In this document: piece after piece, positions 16,345 to 23,508 of the stretch
Layout of the letters: each line of letters starts with the position of its first letter
How positions within the stretch are numbered: position 1 is the stretch's first letter
NCBI GenBank assembly: GCA_000752675.2
Contig: LM994625.1
Location: 130,734 to 154,733, forward strand
Source of the DNA: a bacterium OL-1
GTDB taxonomy: Bacteria; Actinomycetota; Coriobacteriia; Coriobacteriales; Atopobiaceae
Direction of reading: 5' to 3'
DNA: 24,000 nucleotides
Program-made: the position numbers and the translations under genes
Notes under the pieces: model-generated
The model's input: the letters and a program-made list of their open reading frames with translations, nothing else
Databases searched by the model: none
What the model was told of the DNA's origin: nothing

Positions 16345-16700
16345 GTCTTCCCTCCTGCTTTCGATATTTGTGATGCAAGCTAGGAATGTATTTATCTTGC
16401 TTGTTGCTCATATTTGAACATAGTTTCATCACATTAACAAGCAGTGTTTTAGAAAAGGCATTATTTGTATTTAATTAGGGGTATTTGTGGCATTTTAACT
16501 GCGTGTTTGAAATTTAATATGTATATTTTTCTTTATGAACGATTATTACTACATAGTTTCTACATATAATTTTGCTCACCAGACACACGTATGTCTGCGA
16601 GTAATTGATTAATTTTACTATGAAGGTGAATAACCTAATTCTTCGGAGTGGAGGCCCTCCGGCGCTTGTGCATTGCTCCTCAAGAGCATGGCACCATGCC
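16345..16700 (-). promoter_or_regulatory. AT-rich leader and promoter region of the block B operon, with phased direct repeats and a palindrome
   Basis: GC is about 30% in my count of 16441-16500, against over 50% in the flanking genes. CTACATA-GTTT-CTACATA sits at 16549-16566, ACATAGTTTC recurs at 16418-16427 and 16551-16560, and the palindrome CAGACA-cacgta-TGTCTG is at 16580-16597. Several -35/-10-like pairs are possible and I cannot resolve them by eye. Confidence 0.55.
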
Positions 16701-17711
16701 CTACTCGCTATCTGCCGACTGTCCCATCACCATCATGGACTCATACAGGTGCTGGGGGGTTATGGGATCCGGTGGTTCGACGCCAGACTTAACAGCAAGG
16801 ATGTTGTCCACGACGATATTGCCCATCCGGCGGCTACTCTCGTAGGTATTGCCCGCCACGTGCGGGGTAACGAGCACGTTGTCGTAGTCGTAGTAGGGCT
16901 GGTGCTCTGGCGGCTCCTTGGAGAAGACGTCTATCGCAAAGCCTGCAAGCCTCCCCGACTGGAGCGCGCTGTCAAGCGCGCCATGGCGCACGATCCCCGC
17001 GCGGGCGGTATTGATGAGAATGGCACCCGGTTTCACAAGCCTAAGCTCGCGTGCACCAATGAGGTTCTTCGTCGACTCATCAAGCGGAAGGTGAATCGTA
17101 ATGATGTCTGATCTTCTCAGCAGGTCATTCAGTGTGGTGTAGACAACGCCATAAACCGTTGCCTCATTGCGTTGCACAATGTCGTAGCCCAGGATGTCCA
17201 TGCCGAAACCCATGGCCCTGCGGGCGACGGCGCATCCAATCTGCCCGACGCCGATGATGCCGATGGTCTTGCCGTATAGGCTCGTGCCCGTCAGCTTGGT
17301 CCAGCCGCCCGACCGCGTGTCTATGACCATCTGCGAGATGTGCCGCTCCAAGTCGAGAATGAGCCCAAACGTGAAGTCCGCAGTCTCCTCGCGGTTAGAC
17401 GCAGGGGCATACGTGACCTCGATGCCCAGGTCACGGGCCTCAGCCACGTCCACACCGTCAAAGCCGACACCGTAGCGTGCGATGATCTTTAGCTTCTTGA
17501 GCCGCCGGATAACGCTAGCGGGCAGGTCATCGTTGCCGAGAATGATGGCATTGGCATCTCCCGCAAAGTCCAACATCTCCGCCTTTGTCAGCGGACGCCC
17601 ATAGGGATTGAGTCGAACCTCGCAGCCGGCAGCCTTAAGACGCTCGATGGGTTCGTCCGAACCGCGCCCAAAGGTCACAGCAGTAGAGCAAACAACCCAA
17701 TTGGAACCCAT
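16701..17711 (-). CDS. D-isomer-specific 2-hydroxyacid dehydrogenase (phosphoglycerate dehydrogenase/GhrB-like), NAD-binding
   Basis: 336 aa with the Rossmann motif GIIGVGQIGCAVARRA. The catalytic-region motifs ILINTARAG and TPHVAG are present, and GGAGAA precedes the ATG at 17711. Confidence 0.85.
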   Translation of the reverse strand: MGSNWVVCSTAVTFGRGSDEPIERLKAAGCEVRLNPYGRPLTKAEMLDFAGDANAIILGNDDLPASVIRRLKKLKIIARYGVGFDGVDVAEARDLGIEVTYAPASNREETADFTFGLILDLERHISQMVIDTRSGGWTKLTGTSLYGKTIGIIGVGQIGCAVARRAMGFGMDILGYDIVQRNEATVYGVVYTTLNDLLRRSDIITIHLPLDESTKNLIGARELRLVKPGAILINTARAGIVRHGALDSALQSGRLAGFAIDVFSKEPPEHQPYYDYDNVLVTPHVAGNTYESSRRMGNIVVDNILAVKSGVEPPDPITPQHLYESMMVMGQSADSE

Positions 17712-17874
17712 GTCATTCTCCGCAGGATGTTGGTGTGGCGGCGTGAGGTCAAGTCACTGCCCAGATACCCCCATATAATAATGGAGAAAGCCACGAGAGA
17801 GACATTCCCACCGTCATGGTCGGAAGCCTTCACAGAAACTTTTTCAGCGCCAAAGCACTGCCCTCAAGATGAGC

Positions 17875-17905
17875 GGGGTTGAGTTGCCCGGCAACTGAGC
17901 TGCGT
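17875..17905. repeat. Dispersed motif copy GGGGTTGAGTTGCCCGGCAACTGAGCTGCGT, with an exact 15-bp palindromic core
   Basis: AGTTGCC-C-GGCAACT at 17882-17896 is a perfect palindrome. It has the same orientation as the other copies. Confidence 0.65.
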
Positions 17906-17963
17906 TGATGGGCCTTGTTACCGGGCCGTCGCGATGCCCGAGCGTTTTCCCAGGTAACAGCAC

Positions 17964-18017
17964 AGTCCCCCAACGAGCCGGTAACAACGGCAATGGCCGC
18001 GTGGCGGTTGTTACCGG
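17964..18017. repeat. Partial copy of the long-repeat 5' part, fused to an 11-bp-stem hairpin
   Basis: AGTCCCCCAACGAGCCGGTAACAACGG (17964-17990) resembles 398-424. CCGGTAACAAC (17978-17988) and GTTGTTACCGG (18007-18017) are exact reverse complements with an 18-nt loop. Confidence 0.55.
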
Positions 18018-18045
18018 CCAGCAGCTTTCGCCAGACCTCACCTGC

Positions 18046-18139
18046 GAAAACAGCCAGCTGACAAGACGGGCCGGTAACAACGGGCGAGTGAGCCGGACGG
18101 GTGCAAACGTGATTGAGTTGCCCGGTTATGAGCCTATGT
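18046..18139. repeat. Long copy of the dispersed repeat, right copy
   Basis: 18072-18125 matches 413-465 in 48 of 54 hand-aligned columns. GAAAACAGCC at 18046-18055 matches GACAACAGCC at 392-401. It ends in GTGATTGAGTTGCCCGG. Confidence 0.7.
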
Positions 18140-18247
18140 CACGCAGCCTGGCATCACTGCGCTAGCGCTAGCCATTGGCTTCCCCAATAAACGATCGGCT
18201 GCATCGTTCAGATCGTCCACCGCCACGGGCGAACATACGAGTTCCAT
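18134..18247 (-). pseudogene. Probable truncated ParE/RelE-type toxin remnant (37 codons)
   Basis: The ATG at 18247 immediately follows the antitoxin stop (TAGATG). My hand translation is MELVCSPVAVDDLNDAADRLLGKPMASASAVMPGCVT*. The first ~20 aa fit the ParE/RelE N-terminal pattern (x-x-SP-x-A-x-x-DL), and the ORF ends at the edge of the repeat at 18134. Confidence 0.35.
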
Positions 18248-18511
18248 CTAGGCCTCCTGCGCAAAGCGCCCCTCGAAGATGCCTTTAACCTGTTCGGTCG
18301 TGAGAGACCCACGCTCGTCAGCAACGCGCTTGCCGTAATCGAGCTGGGCAAGGAGGGTCTTCTCGGCCTCATTGCGCTCGTAGTCGGGGATGTCCTGAAT
18401 GACGTAGCGCCCGCGCCCATTCTTAGTGAGGAACACCGGCGATCCCTGCGCCACCTCGTCGAGCACTGCCGTGTAAGAACGGAGGTCGGATATCGGCCTG
18501 ATGTTGGGCAT
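18248..18511 (-). CDS. Type II antitoxin, Phd/YefM family
   Basis: 87 aa. MPNIRPISDLRSYTAVLDEV..GSPVFLTKNGRGRYVIQDIPDYE is the typical Phd/YefM N-terminal fold signature. Confidence 0.8.
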   Translation of the reverse strand: MPNIRPISDLRSYTAVLDEVAQGSPVFLTKNGRGRYVIQDIPDYERNEAEKTLLAQLDYGKRVADERGSLTTEQVKGIFEGRFAQEA

Positions 18512-18521
18512 GTCACGCCCG

Positions 18522-18548
18522 CAATACTGTTTCCAATACTGTTACTGT
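18522..18548 (-). promoter_or_regulatory. Tandem direct repeats upstream of the antitoxin gene (candidate autoregulatory operator)
   Basis: CAATACTGTT occurs at 18522-18531 and 18534-18543 with a 12-bp period, plus a third ACTGT at 18544-18548. The first repeat begins about 10 nt upstream of the ATG at 18511. Confidence 0.45.
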
Positions 18549-18575
18549 CGCCGAGAATCAACGGCCTTCAAAGCA

Positions 18576-18607
18576 AAAACCCTGACCTGTTTTCGCAGGT
18601 CAGGGTT
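18576..18607 (-). terminator. Rho-independent terminator downstream of the tRNA
   Basis: AAACCCTGACCTG (18576-18588) and CAGGTCAGGGTTT (18595-18607) form a perfect 13-bp stem with a 6-nt loop. On the minus strand it is followed by TTTTTGCTTT. Confidence 0.75.
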
Positions 18608-18615
18608 TGAATTTA

Positions 18616-18692
<77 letters not shown>

Positions 18693-18719
18693 ATGGGTTG
18701 CGCCTCAGCGCAAGAAGTA

Positions 18720-18748
18720 ACTATATGCTCAAGCCCACTCTCGGTCAA
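18720..18748 (-). promoter_or_regulatory. Sigma-70-type promoter for the tRNA
   Basis: On the minus strand, TTGACC (18743-18748), a 17-nt spacer and TATAGT (18720-18725) sit about 30 nt upstream of the tRNA 5' end. Confidence 0.6.
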
Positions 18749-18816
18749 CACCGCAGCGCGTCTCCATAGAGAAGACAAAAGTGCGCCGAGACACGCAAGG
18801 AGACGCCGCAGTCGCC

Positions 18817-19614
18817 CTACCCCAGCTCCTCGAGGATCCTGCGCATCTCCGCCTGCACGCCGTGCTCGACGTTGGTGCCCACGACCTTCTCGGCAATCTG
18901 CTTCACCGCGTAGCGCGCGTTGCCCATCACGTACGGATGCCCCACGTAGCGCAGCATCGCGTAGTCGTTCATCGAGTCGCCAAACGCCACCACGTCCGCA
19001 CGGTCAATGCCGTAATAGCCAAGCAGCGCCTCCAACCCCGTGGCCTTGCTTATCCCGCGCGGCGTGACGTCAATCCAGGTGTTACCAGACGGCATGAACG
19101 AGAAGACATCGCCCAGCTCGCGCTCGAGCACGTAGACCATGTCCATGATCTCGTGCGGGCGGTCGTAACAGATGGCTGCCTTGATAATGCTCACGTCCGG
19201 CGACGGCGGGTCGTACACGCGCTCGGCGTTGGGAAGGTCCTTGTCCAGCTCGCGCACATAGCTGCTCTGGTCGTTAAGCAGGTAGGTGTGCGTGCGATCA
19301 TAGAGCACCAGGTGGAAGCAGTCGAACTCCTGGCACGTGCGGAAGAGCCTCAGCACCGCGCGCGTCGAGAAGACCTCGCGGTCGAGAAGCACGCCGTCGG
19401 CATAGACCTGCGTGCCAAGGGACCCCACGTAGTCCATCCTGTCGGCAACCGGTTCGAACATCCAACGCAGCGTCTCGTACCTACGCCCGGAGCTTGCACA
19501 GAAGATGACCCCGCGGTCGCGCAGCTTCTCGATGAGCTCGAAGGTCTCCTCGGGGAGCAGCGAGTTCTCGTCGAGCAGGGTTCCGTCCATGTCAGCCGCA
19601 ATCAGCCGTACCAT
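18817..19614 (-). CDS. Cof-type HAD-IIB family hydrolase (sugar-phosphate phosphatase-like)
   Basis: 265 aa with motif I (DMDGTLL) and motif IV (GDSMNDYAML). The start overlaps the upstream stop (TAATG). Confidence 0.85.
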   Translation of the reverse strand: MVRLIAADMDGTLLDENSLLPEETFELIEKLRDRGVIFCASSGRRYETLRWMFEPVADRMDYVGSLGTQVYADGVLLDREVFSTRAVLRLFRTCQEFDCFHLVLYDRTHTYLLNDQSSYVRELDKDLPNAERVYDPPSPDVSIIKAAICYDRPHEIMDMVYVLERELGDVFSFMPSGNTWIDVTPRGISKATGLEALLGYYGIDRADVVAFGDSMNDYAMLRYVGHPYVMGNARYAVKQIAEKVVGTNVEHGVQAEMRRILEELG

Positions 19615-20462
19615 TAGCCCTCCCTTAGGAACGCCGGGACCTCATGCGCACGCGCCGCACGGGCAATCTCGAACAGTGCGTCCGCCACGCCCTCGTCCGC
19701 AGACGCGCCGCAGCTAAAGTTGCAGATTCCCTTGACCTCGTCCGTCGCGTTTGCCACAGCGACGGAGTAGTGGACCTCGCTCAGGATCGCAACGTCATTG
19801 CCCGAGTCCCCAAAGACCACTACCTCGTCGCGCGTGGCGCCCACCGCATCGAGGATGGTGTCGAGCGCAGAGGCCTTGTTGACCCCACGCGGCAGCACGT
19901 CGAACCAGTTGGGAACCGACATGATGGTCTCCACCTCGGGGCATGCCTCGGCAACGAGCTGCTGGCAGTAGGCATGGCGCTTCTCGTCACCGTTGCAGGC
20001 GATGGCTGCGGCAATGAAGTCGATGTTGGGAACGTCCTCCACGCGACCGCCGTTGAAGTGGACGAGCCTCTCGTACTTGCTCATCTCCTCCTCGGAGGCA
20101 CCCACCGCGTAGCCAGGGTTAAAGAGGTTGGTGTCCAGGGGGAAGCAGACAAGGAACATGCCACGCTCGGGCTTGAGCGCGTCAGCTACGCGCTGGAGCC
20201 AGTCGTGCGGTATCGAGTAGGTCCACACGTCGCGCCCGTCCACGCGCACGCGCTTGCCGTTGGACATGATGCCCGTCATGAAGCAGGACTCGTCCATGTG
20301 GAAGAAGCGCATGAGCTCCACGTAGTCGCGCCCAGTGTCCGGGCCAAAGTGAATCCCGACGTTGATCACGTCGTGGATTGCCTCGAGCGTGCGCGGCGAG
20401 ACGTGGCGCGCGCCAAACGGGATGAGCGTGTTGTCCATGTCAGAGAGAACGAGCTTGATCAA
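19614..20462 (-). CDS. Cof-type HAD-IIB family hydrolase
   Basis: 282 aa with motif I (DMDNTLI) and motif IV (GDSGNDVAIL). Confidence 0.85.
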   Translation of the reverse strand: MIKLVLSDMDNTLIPFGARHVSPRTLEAIHDVINVGIHFGPDTGRDYVELMRFFHMDESCFMTGIMSNGKRVRVDGRDVWTYSIPHDWLQRVADALKPERGMFLVCFPLDTNLFNPGYAVGASEEEMSKYERLVHFNGGRVEDVPNIDFIAAAIACNGDEKRHAYCQQLVAEACPEVETIMSVPNWFDVLPRGVNKASALDTILDAVGATRDEVVVFGDSGNDVAILSEVHYSVAVANATDEVKGICNFSCGASADEGVADALFEIARAARAHEVPAFLREG

Positions 20463-20612
20463 GGCGATAACCCCCGGAAAACGCAGTTGTGCGGCTACGT
20501 ACCATCATAGGGGCACGAAGCCGCAGGGCGAATGTCATACGTCAGGTTCAGGCAAGCTCCGCGAAAGCTGCCGCCATGGGGGCGGCGCCGCGCGCAGGCG
20601 AGAGACCCCCAG

Positions 20613-21170
20613 CTAGCGCCGCTGTGGCATGCCACCAACCAGCGCGTCGTCGCGATCGATGCGCACGAGGATGTGCTCCAGGTCGAGCACGCCCGGCAGC
20701 TTCACTGGGAGCTCCCCCGCTGGGTAGATCACGAGGCTCCTAAAGCCCGTCCCGCAGCGCACACCAGTCCACTCCATGCGCTCAATCTGGTCGTACTTCA
20801 CGGTGCGCATGTGGCCAATGTAGGGCCGCACGTCCATGAAGTCGTCGTAGAGCGAGACGCGGTAGCGCCGCATGAACGCCCACAGCACAAAGACCACGAC
20901 CACGAAGGACGAGAAGAACGGCACCACCACGTCCGCGCTGGCGTCAAAGCCTCCCACGTCGCAGAGCCAGCCCAGCATGAGCCCAATGGCCCCCATGAGC
21001 ACCATCGCAAACGCCAGCGAGCGCGAGAGCGCCGAAGAAATCACGTAGGTGTCGTGGTGGCTGTGGTGGCGCTCCGAGATGCCAACGCTGCCAGCCCACT
21101 CGACAAGGCAGGCAAGCACGGGCAGCACGGCTGCGGCCACCGAGAAGAGATCTGCCACCTGGGGGCTCAT
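20613..21170 (-). CDS. Hypothetical membrane protein (about 3 TM segments plus a C-terminal soluble domain)
   Basis: 185 aa counted from ATG 21170, whose ATGA overlaps the pepT stop. The longer ORF-track start at 21332 would overlap pepT by 166 nt. Hydrophobic segments include FSVAAAVLPVLACLV, LAFAMVLMGAIGLMLGWL and VVPFFSSFVVVVFVLWAF. Confidence 0.6.
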   Translation of the reverse strand: MSPQVADLFSVAAAVLPVLACLVEWAGSVGISERHHSHHDTYVISSALSRSLAFAMVLMGAIGLMLGWLCDVGGFDASADVVVPFFSSFVVVVFVLWAFMRRYRVSLYDDFMDVRPYIGHMRTVKYDQIERMEWTGVRCGTGFRSLVIYPAGELPVKLPGVLDLEHILVRIDRDDALVGGMPQRR

Positions 21171-22444
21171 CGCGCCACCTGCTGGCCGGCCGCTTGCTTG
21201 CCGGCCGTCTGCGGCACGGCGAACTTGGCGACAAGGTTCTGCAGGATGTCGACCGTGATCTCGAGCGAAGACACGGGAATGAACTCGCGCACCGAGTGCG
21301 CGTTGTAGCCACCGGTGGCGATGTTGGGGCACGGCAGGCCACGCAGCGAGAGCTGCGAGCCGTCAGTACCACCGCGCACGGCGATGACTTGCGGCTCCAC
21401 GCCCGCTTCGCGGTTTGCGTCAAGGGCATTGTCGATGAGGAAGGGGCAGTCGCCAAAGGCCTCGGCCATGTTGCGGTACTGCTCGTGCAGGGTCACGCTG
21501 ACGGTTCCCTCGCCGTAGCGCTTGTTCAGGAACGCGGCGATGTCCTTGAGCGTCTGCTGGCGCTGCGAGAAGATCCGCGAGTCGTGGTCGCGCACGATGT
21601 AGGAGAGTGTGACCTCGGACGCCGTGCCGCGAATCACCGTGGGGTGGAAGAAGCCCTCGCGACCGCTGGTGTGCTCGGGCCTCTCGGCAGCGGGCACCAG
21701 CTGATCGAACTCGGCAGCAACCGTAATGGCGTTCACCATCACGTTCTTGGCCGAGCCCGGATGCACCATCACGCCACGCACGCGCACCAGGGCCTCGGCG
21801 GCGTTGAACGTCTCGTAGTTGAACTCGCCCAGCGCCTCGCCGTCAACCGTATAGCCCCAGGCCGCGCCGAGCTTCTCAAGGTCGAGCAGAGCCGCGCCAT
21901 GGCCAATCTCCTCGTCAGGAACAAAGGCCAGTTTGAGCGTGGGGTGCAGGATGCTCGGGTCCTTGAGGAGACGAGCCGCCAGCGAGCAGATCTCTGCAAC
22001 GCCGGCCTTGTCGTCCGCACCGAGGAGCGTCGAGCCGTCGGAGCACACGATGTCCTTGCCCACAAAGCCCGCGAGATCCGGCACCTGCTCGGGCGTGGTC
22101 TCGATGATCTGGCCGTCAACGACGCCCGCCACGAGGCTGCCGCCCTCGTAGCGCACCACGTGCGGGCGCACGCCCAGGGAGGGGGCGTCGGCCGTGGTGT
22201 CAAGGTGCGAGCACAGGCAGAGGGCAGGGAGGTTCTCGGCGCCAGCGGAGGCGGGAACGGTACCCAGCACGTAGGCGTGCTCGTCCACACTCACGTCCTG
22301 GCAGCCCATGGCGGAAAGCTCATCCGCCAGGAGTCGCGCCATGCCGTGCTCCAGAGGGCTCGAGGGCACCTCCTCCTCGTTGTCCGGGTCGGAGGGGGAA
22401 TCAACCTGCACGTAGCGCAGGAAGCGCTCAAGAACGTCGCTCAT
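21167..22444 (-). CDS. pepT: Peptidase T (tripeptide aminopeptidase, M20B)
   Basis: 425 aa. The N-terminus VLERFLRYVQVDSPSD plus SHLDT, GADDKAG and PDEEIG match PepT. A GAAAGGAAG RBS is present. Confidence 0.9.
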   Translation of the reverse strand: MSDVLERFLRYVQVDSPSDPDNEEEVPSSPLEHGMARLLADELSAMGCQDVSVDEHAYVLGTVPASAGAENLPALCLCSHLDTTADAPSLGVRPHVVRYEGGSLVAGVVDGQIIETTPEQVPDLAGFVGKDIVCSDGSTLLGADDKAGVAEICSLAARLLKDPSILHPTLKLAFVPDEEIGHGAALLDLEKLGAAWGYTVDGEALGEFNYETFNAAEALVRVRGVMVHPGSAKNVMVNAITVAAEFDQLVPAAERPEHTSGREGFFHPTVIRGTASEVTLSYIVRDHDSRIFSQRQQTLKDIAAFLNKRYGEGTVSVTLHEQYRNMAEAFGDCPFLIDNALDANREAGVEPQVIAVRGGTDGSQLSLRGLPCPNIATGGYNAHSVREFIPVSSLEITVDILQNLVAKFAVPQTAGKQAAGQQVAR

Positions 22445-22514
22445 GCGGTCTTCCTTTCGGATTGCCGTGTGGTGGCCCGCCGCGTGCGGGCCGTTTTGCT
22501 CACCAGCCGAAAGT

Positions 22515-23351
22515 CTACACCCTTGCGGAGAGAGGAGCCCCCTCCCTCATGAGGTAGCGCGCCACACCGGAGTCCTTGCAGCTTGCCGTCACGTGATCCG
22601 CCGCGGCCAGGCATTCCGGGGTGGCGTTTGCCATGGCCACGCCGTCACCGGCGGCGCGCAGCATGGCGATGTCGTTTGACGAGTCGCCAAAGGCAACGGC
22701 ATCTGCGGTCGAGAAGCCCAGGTAGTGGCAGAGCCATGTGAGGCCTGCGCCCTTGTCGGCACCCGCGTGGGTAATCTCGACGTTGCAGGGCAGCGACGAC
22801 GCGCGCGTGAGCTCCGGGCGCGCGTCCACGGCCTCCCACACGGCGCGTTTGTCATTCTCGTTGAGGTAGAAGACGTTCACCCGGCAGATGGAGCCCACCG
22901 CGTCAATCATCTGGTCCACGCTCTTGTCGCAGCAGGTGCGCACGGAGGTCACCACATAGCGGGTGGCCTCGGAGACGTCCATCTCGTCGATGATGTGCCA
23001 GCGGTCGCGCGCCGTGAAGACGCCGCCGTCGGCAAAGAGGTCGAAGGTCACCTCTCGGTCCTGGAGCTCGTGCCAGAGGTCGTGGACAAGTGCGTGGTCG
23101 AGCGTGACCTCACGCAGGTTGCGGTTCTCGCGCAGGTCGCGGACGATTGCCCCGTTGCAGCACACGGCATAGCGCACGCTGGGATGGCGCACCAACTCCT
23201 CCGGAAGACCGGTGTGGTTGCGGCCGGTGCACGGCACAAACTGGATGCCCCGCTCGTACGCAAGGTCGAGGGCCTGGCGGTTGAGCGGCGTGATGGTCTT
23301 CTCGGGCGTAAGGAACGTGTCATCCATATCGACAAAGACGAGCTTGAGCAC
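22515..23351 (-). CDS. Cof-type HAD-IIB family hydrolase
   Basis: 278 aa with motif I (DMDDTFL) and motif IV (GDSSNDIAML). Confidence 0.85.
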   Translation of the reverse strand: MLKLVFVDMDDTFLTPEKTITPLNRQALDLAYERGIQFVPCTGRNHTGLPEELVRHPSVRYAVCCNGAIVRDLRENRNLREVTLDHALVHDLWHELQDREVTFDLFADGGVFTARDRWHIIDEMDVSEATRYVVTSVRTCCDKSVDQMIDAVGSICRVNVFYLNENDKRAVWEAVDARPELTRASSLPCNVEITHAGADKGAGLTWLCHYLGFSTADAVAFGDSSNDIAMLRAAGDGVAMANATPECLAAADHVTASCKDSGVARYLMREGAPLSARV

Positions 23352-23446
23352 TACCTCTCCTCTCCTACTGAAAATCCAGTGCCATGATACTCGAGCAACT
23401 CGTGCTGCGCGCGAAGAGACTCATCGCATTGGATTCACGCTCATCC

Positions 23447-23481
23447 ATAGAAAAGCCGGACGCGCAAAGAGCGCGACCGGC
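23447..23481 (-). terminator. Rho-independent terminator (minus strand) just inside the chromosomal side of the IS junction
   Basis: GCCGGACGCGC (23455-23465) and GCGCGACCGGC (23471-23481) form a stem with one A:A mismatch and a 5-nt loop. On the minus strand it is followed by TTTTCTAT. Confidence 0.6.
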
Positions 23482-23508
23482 TTGTCAGGCAACGTCTTTG
23501 TCCTCTAG

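Noticed and set aside
16226-16432. 68-aa minus-strand ORF starting in the AT-rich leader and overlapping the aldolase 5' end out of frame (a possible leader peptide).
   Set aside because: It has no RBS and overlaps the well-supported aldolase start, which has a strong AGGAGGG site. The sequence looks like an out-of-frame artefact.
16605-17111. 168-aa plus-strand ORF starting in the AT-rich leader.
   Set aside because: It runs antisense through the 3' half of the 2-hydroxyacid dehydrogenase gene, which has clear Rossmann and catalytic motifs. It shows no RBS and no family resemblance.
449-18139. Whether the recurring ~31-bp motif could be a CRISPR array.
   Set aside because: The copies are kilobases apart, imperfect and separated by genes. 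There is no regular repeat-spacer periodicity and there are no cas genes.
22474-22492. The hairpin GGCCCGC-cgcgt-GCGGGCC between the HAD gene and pepT as a terminator.
   Set aside because: The T-run (GTTTTGCT) follows it only on the plus strand, where there is no gene. On the coding (minus) strand no U-tract follows. At most it is a weak intercistronic structure, so I did not call it.
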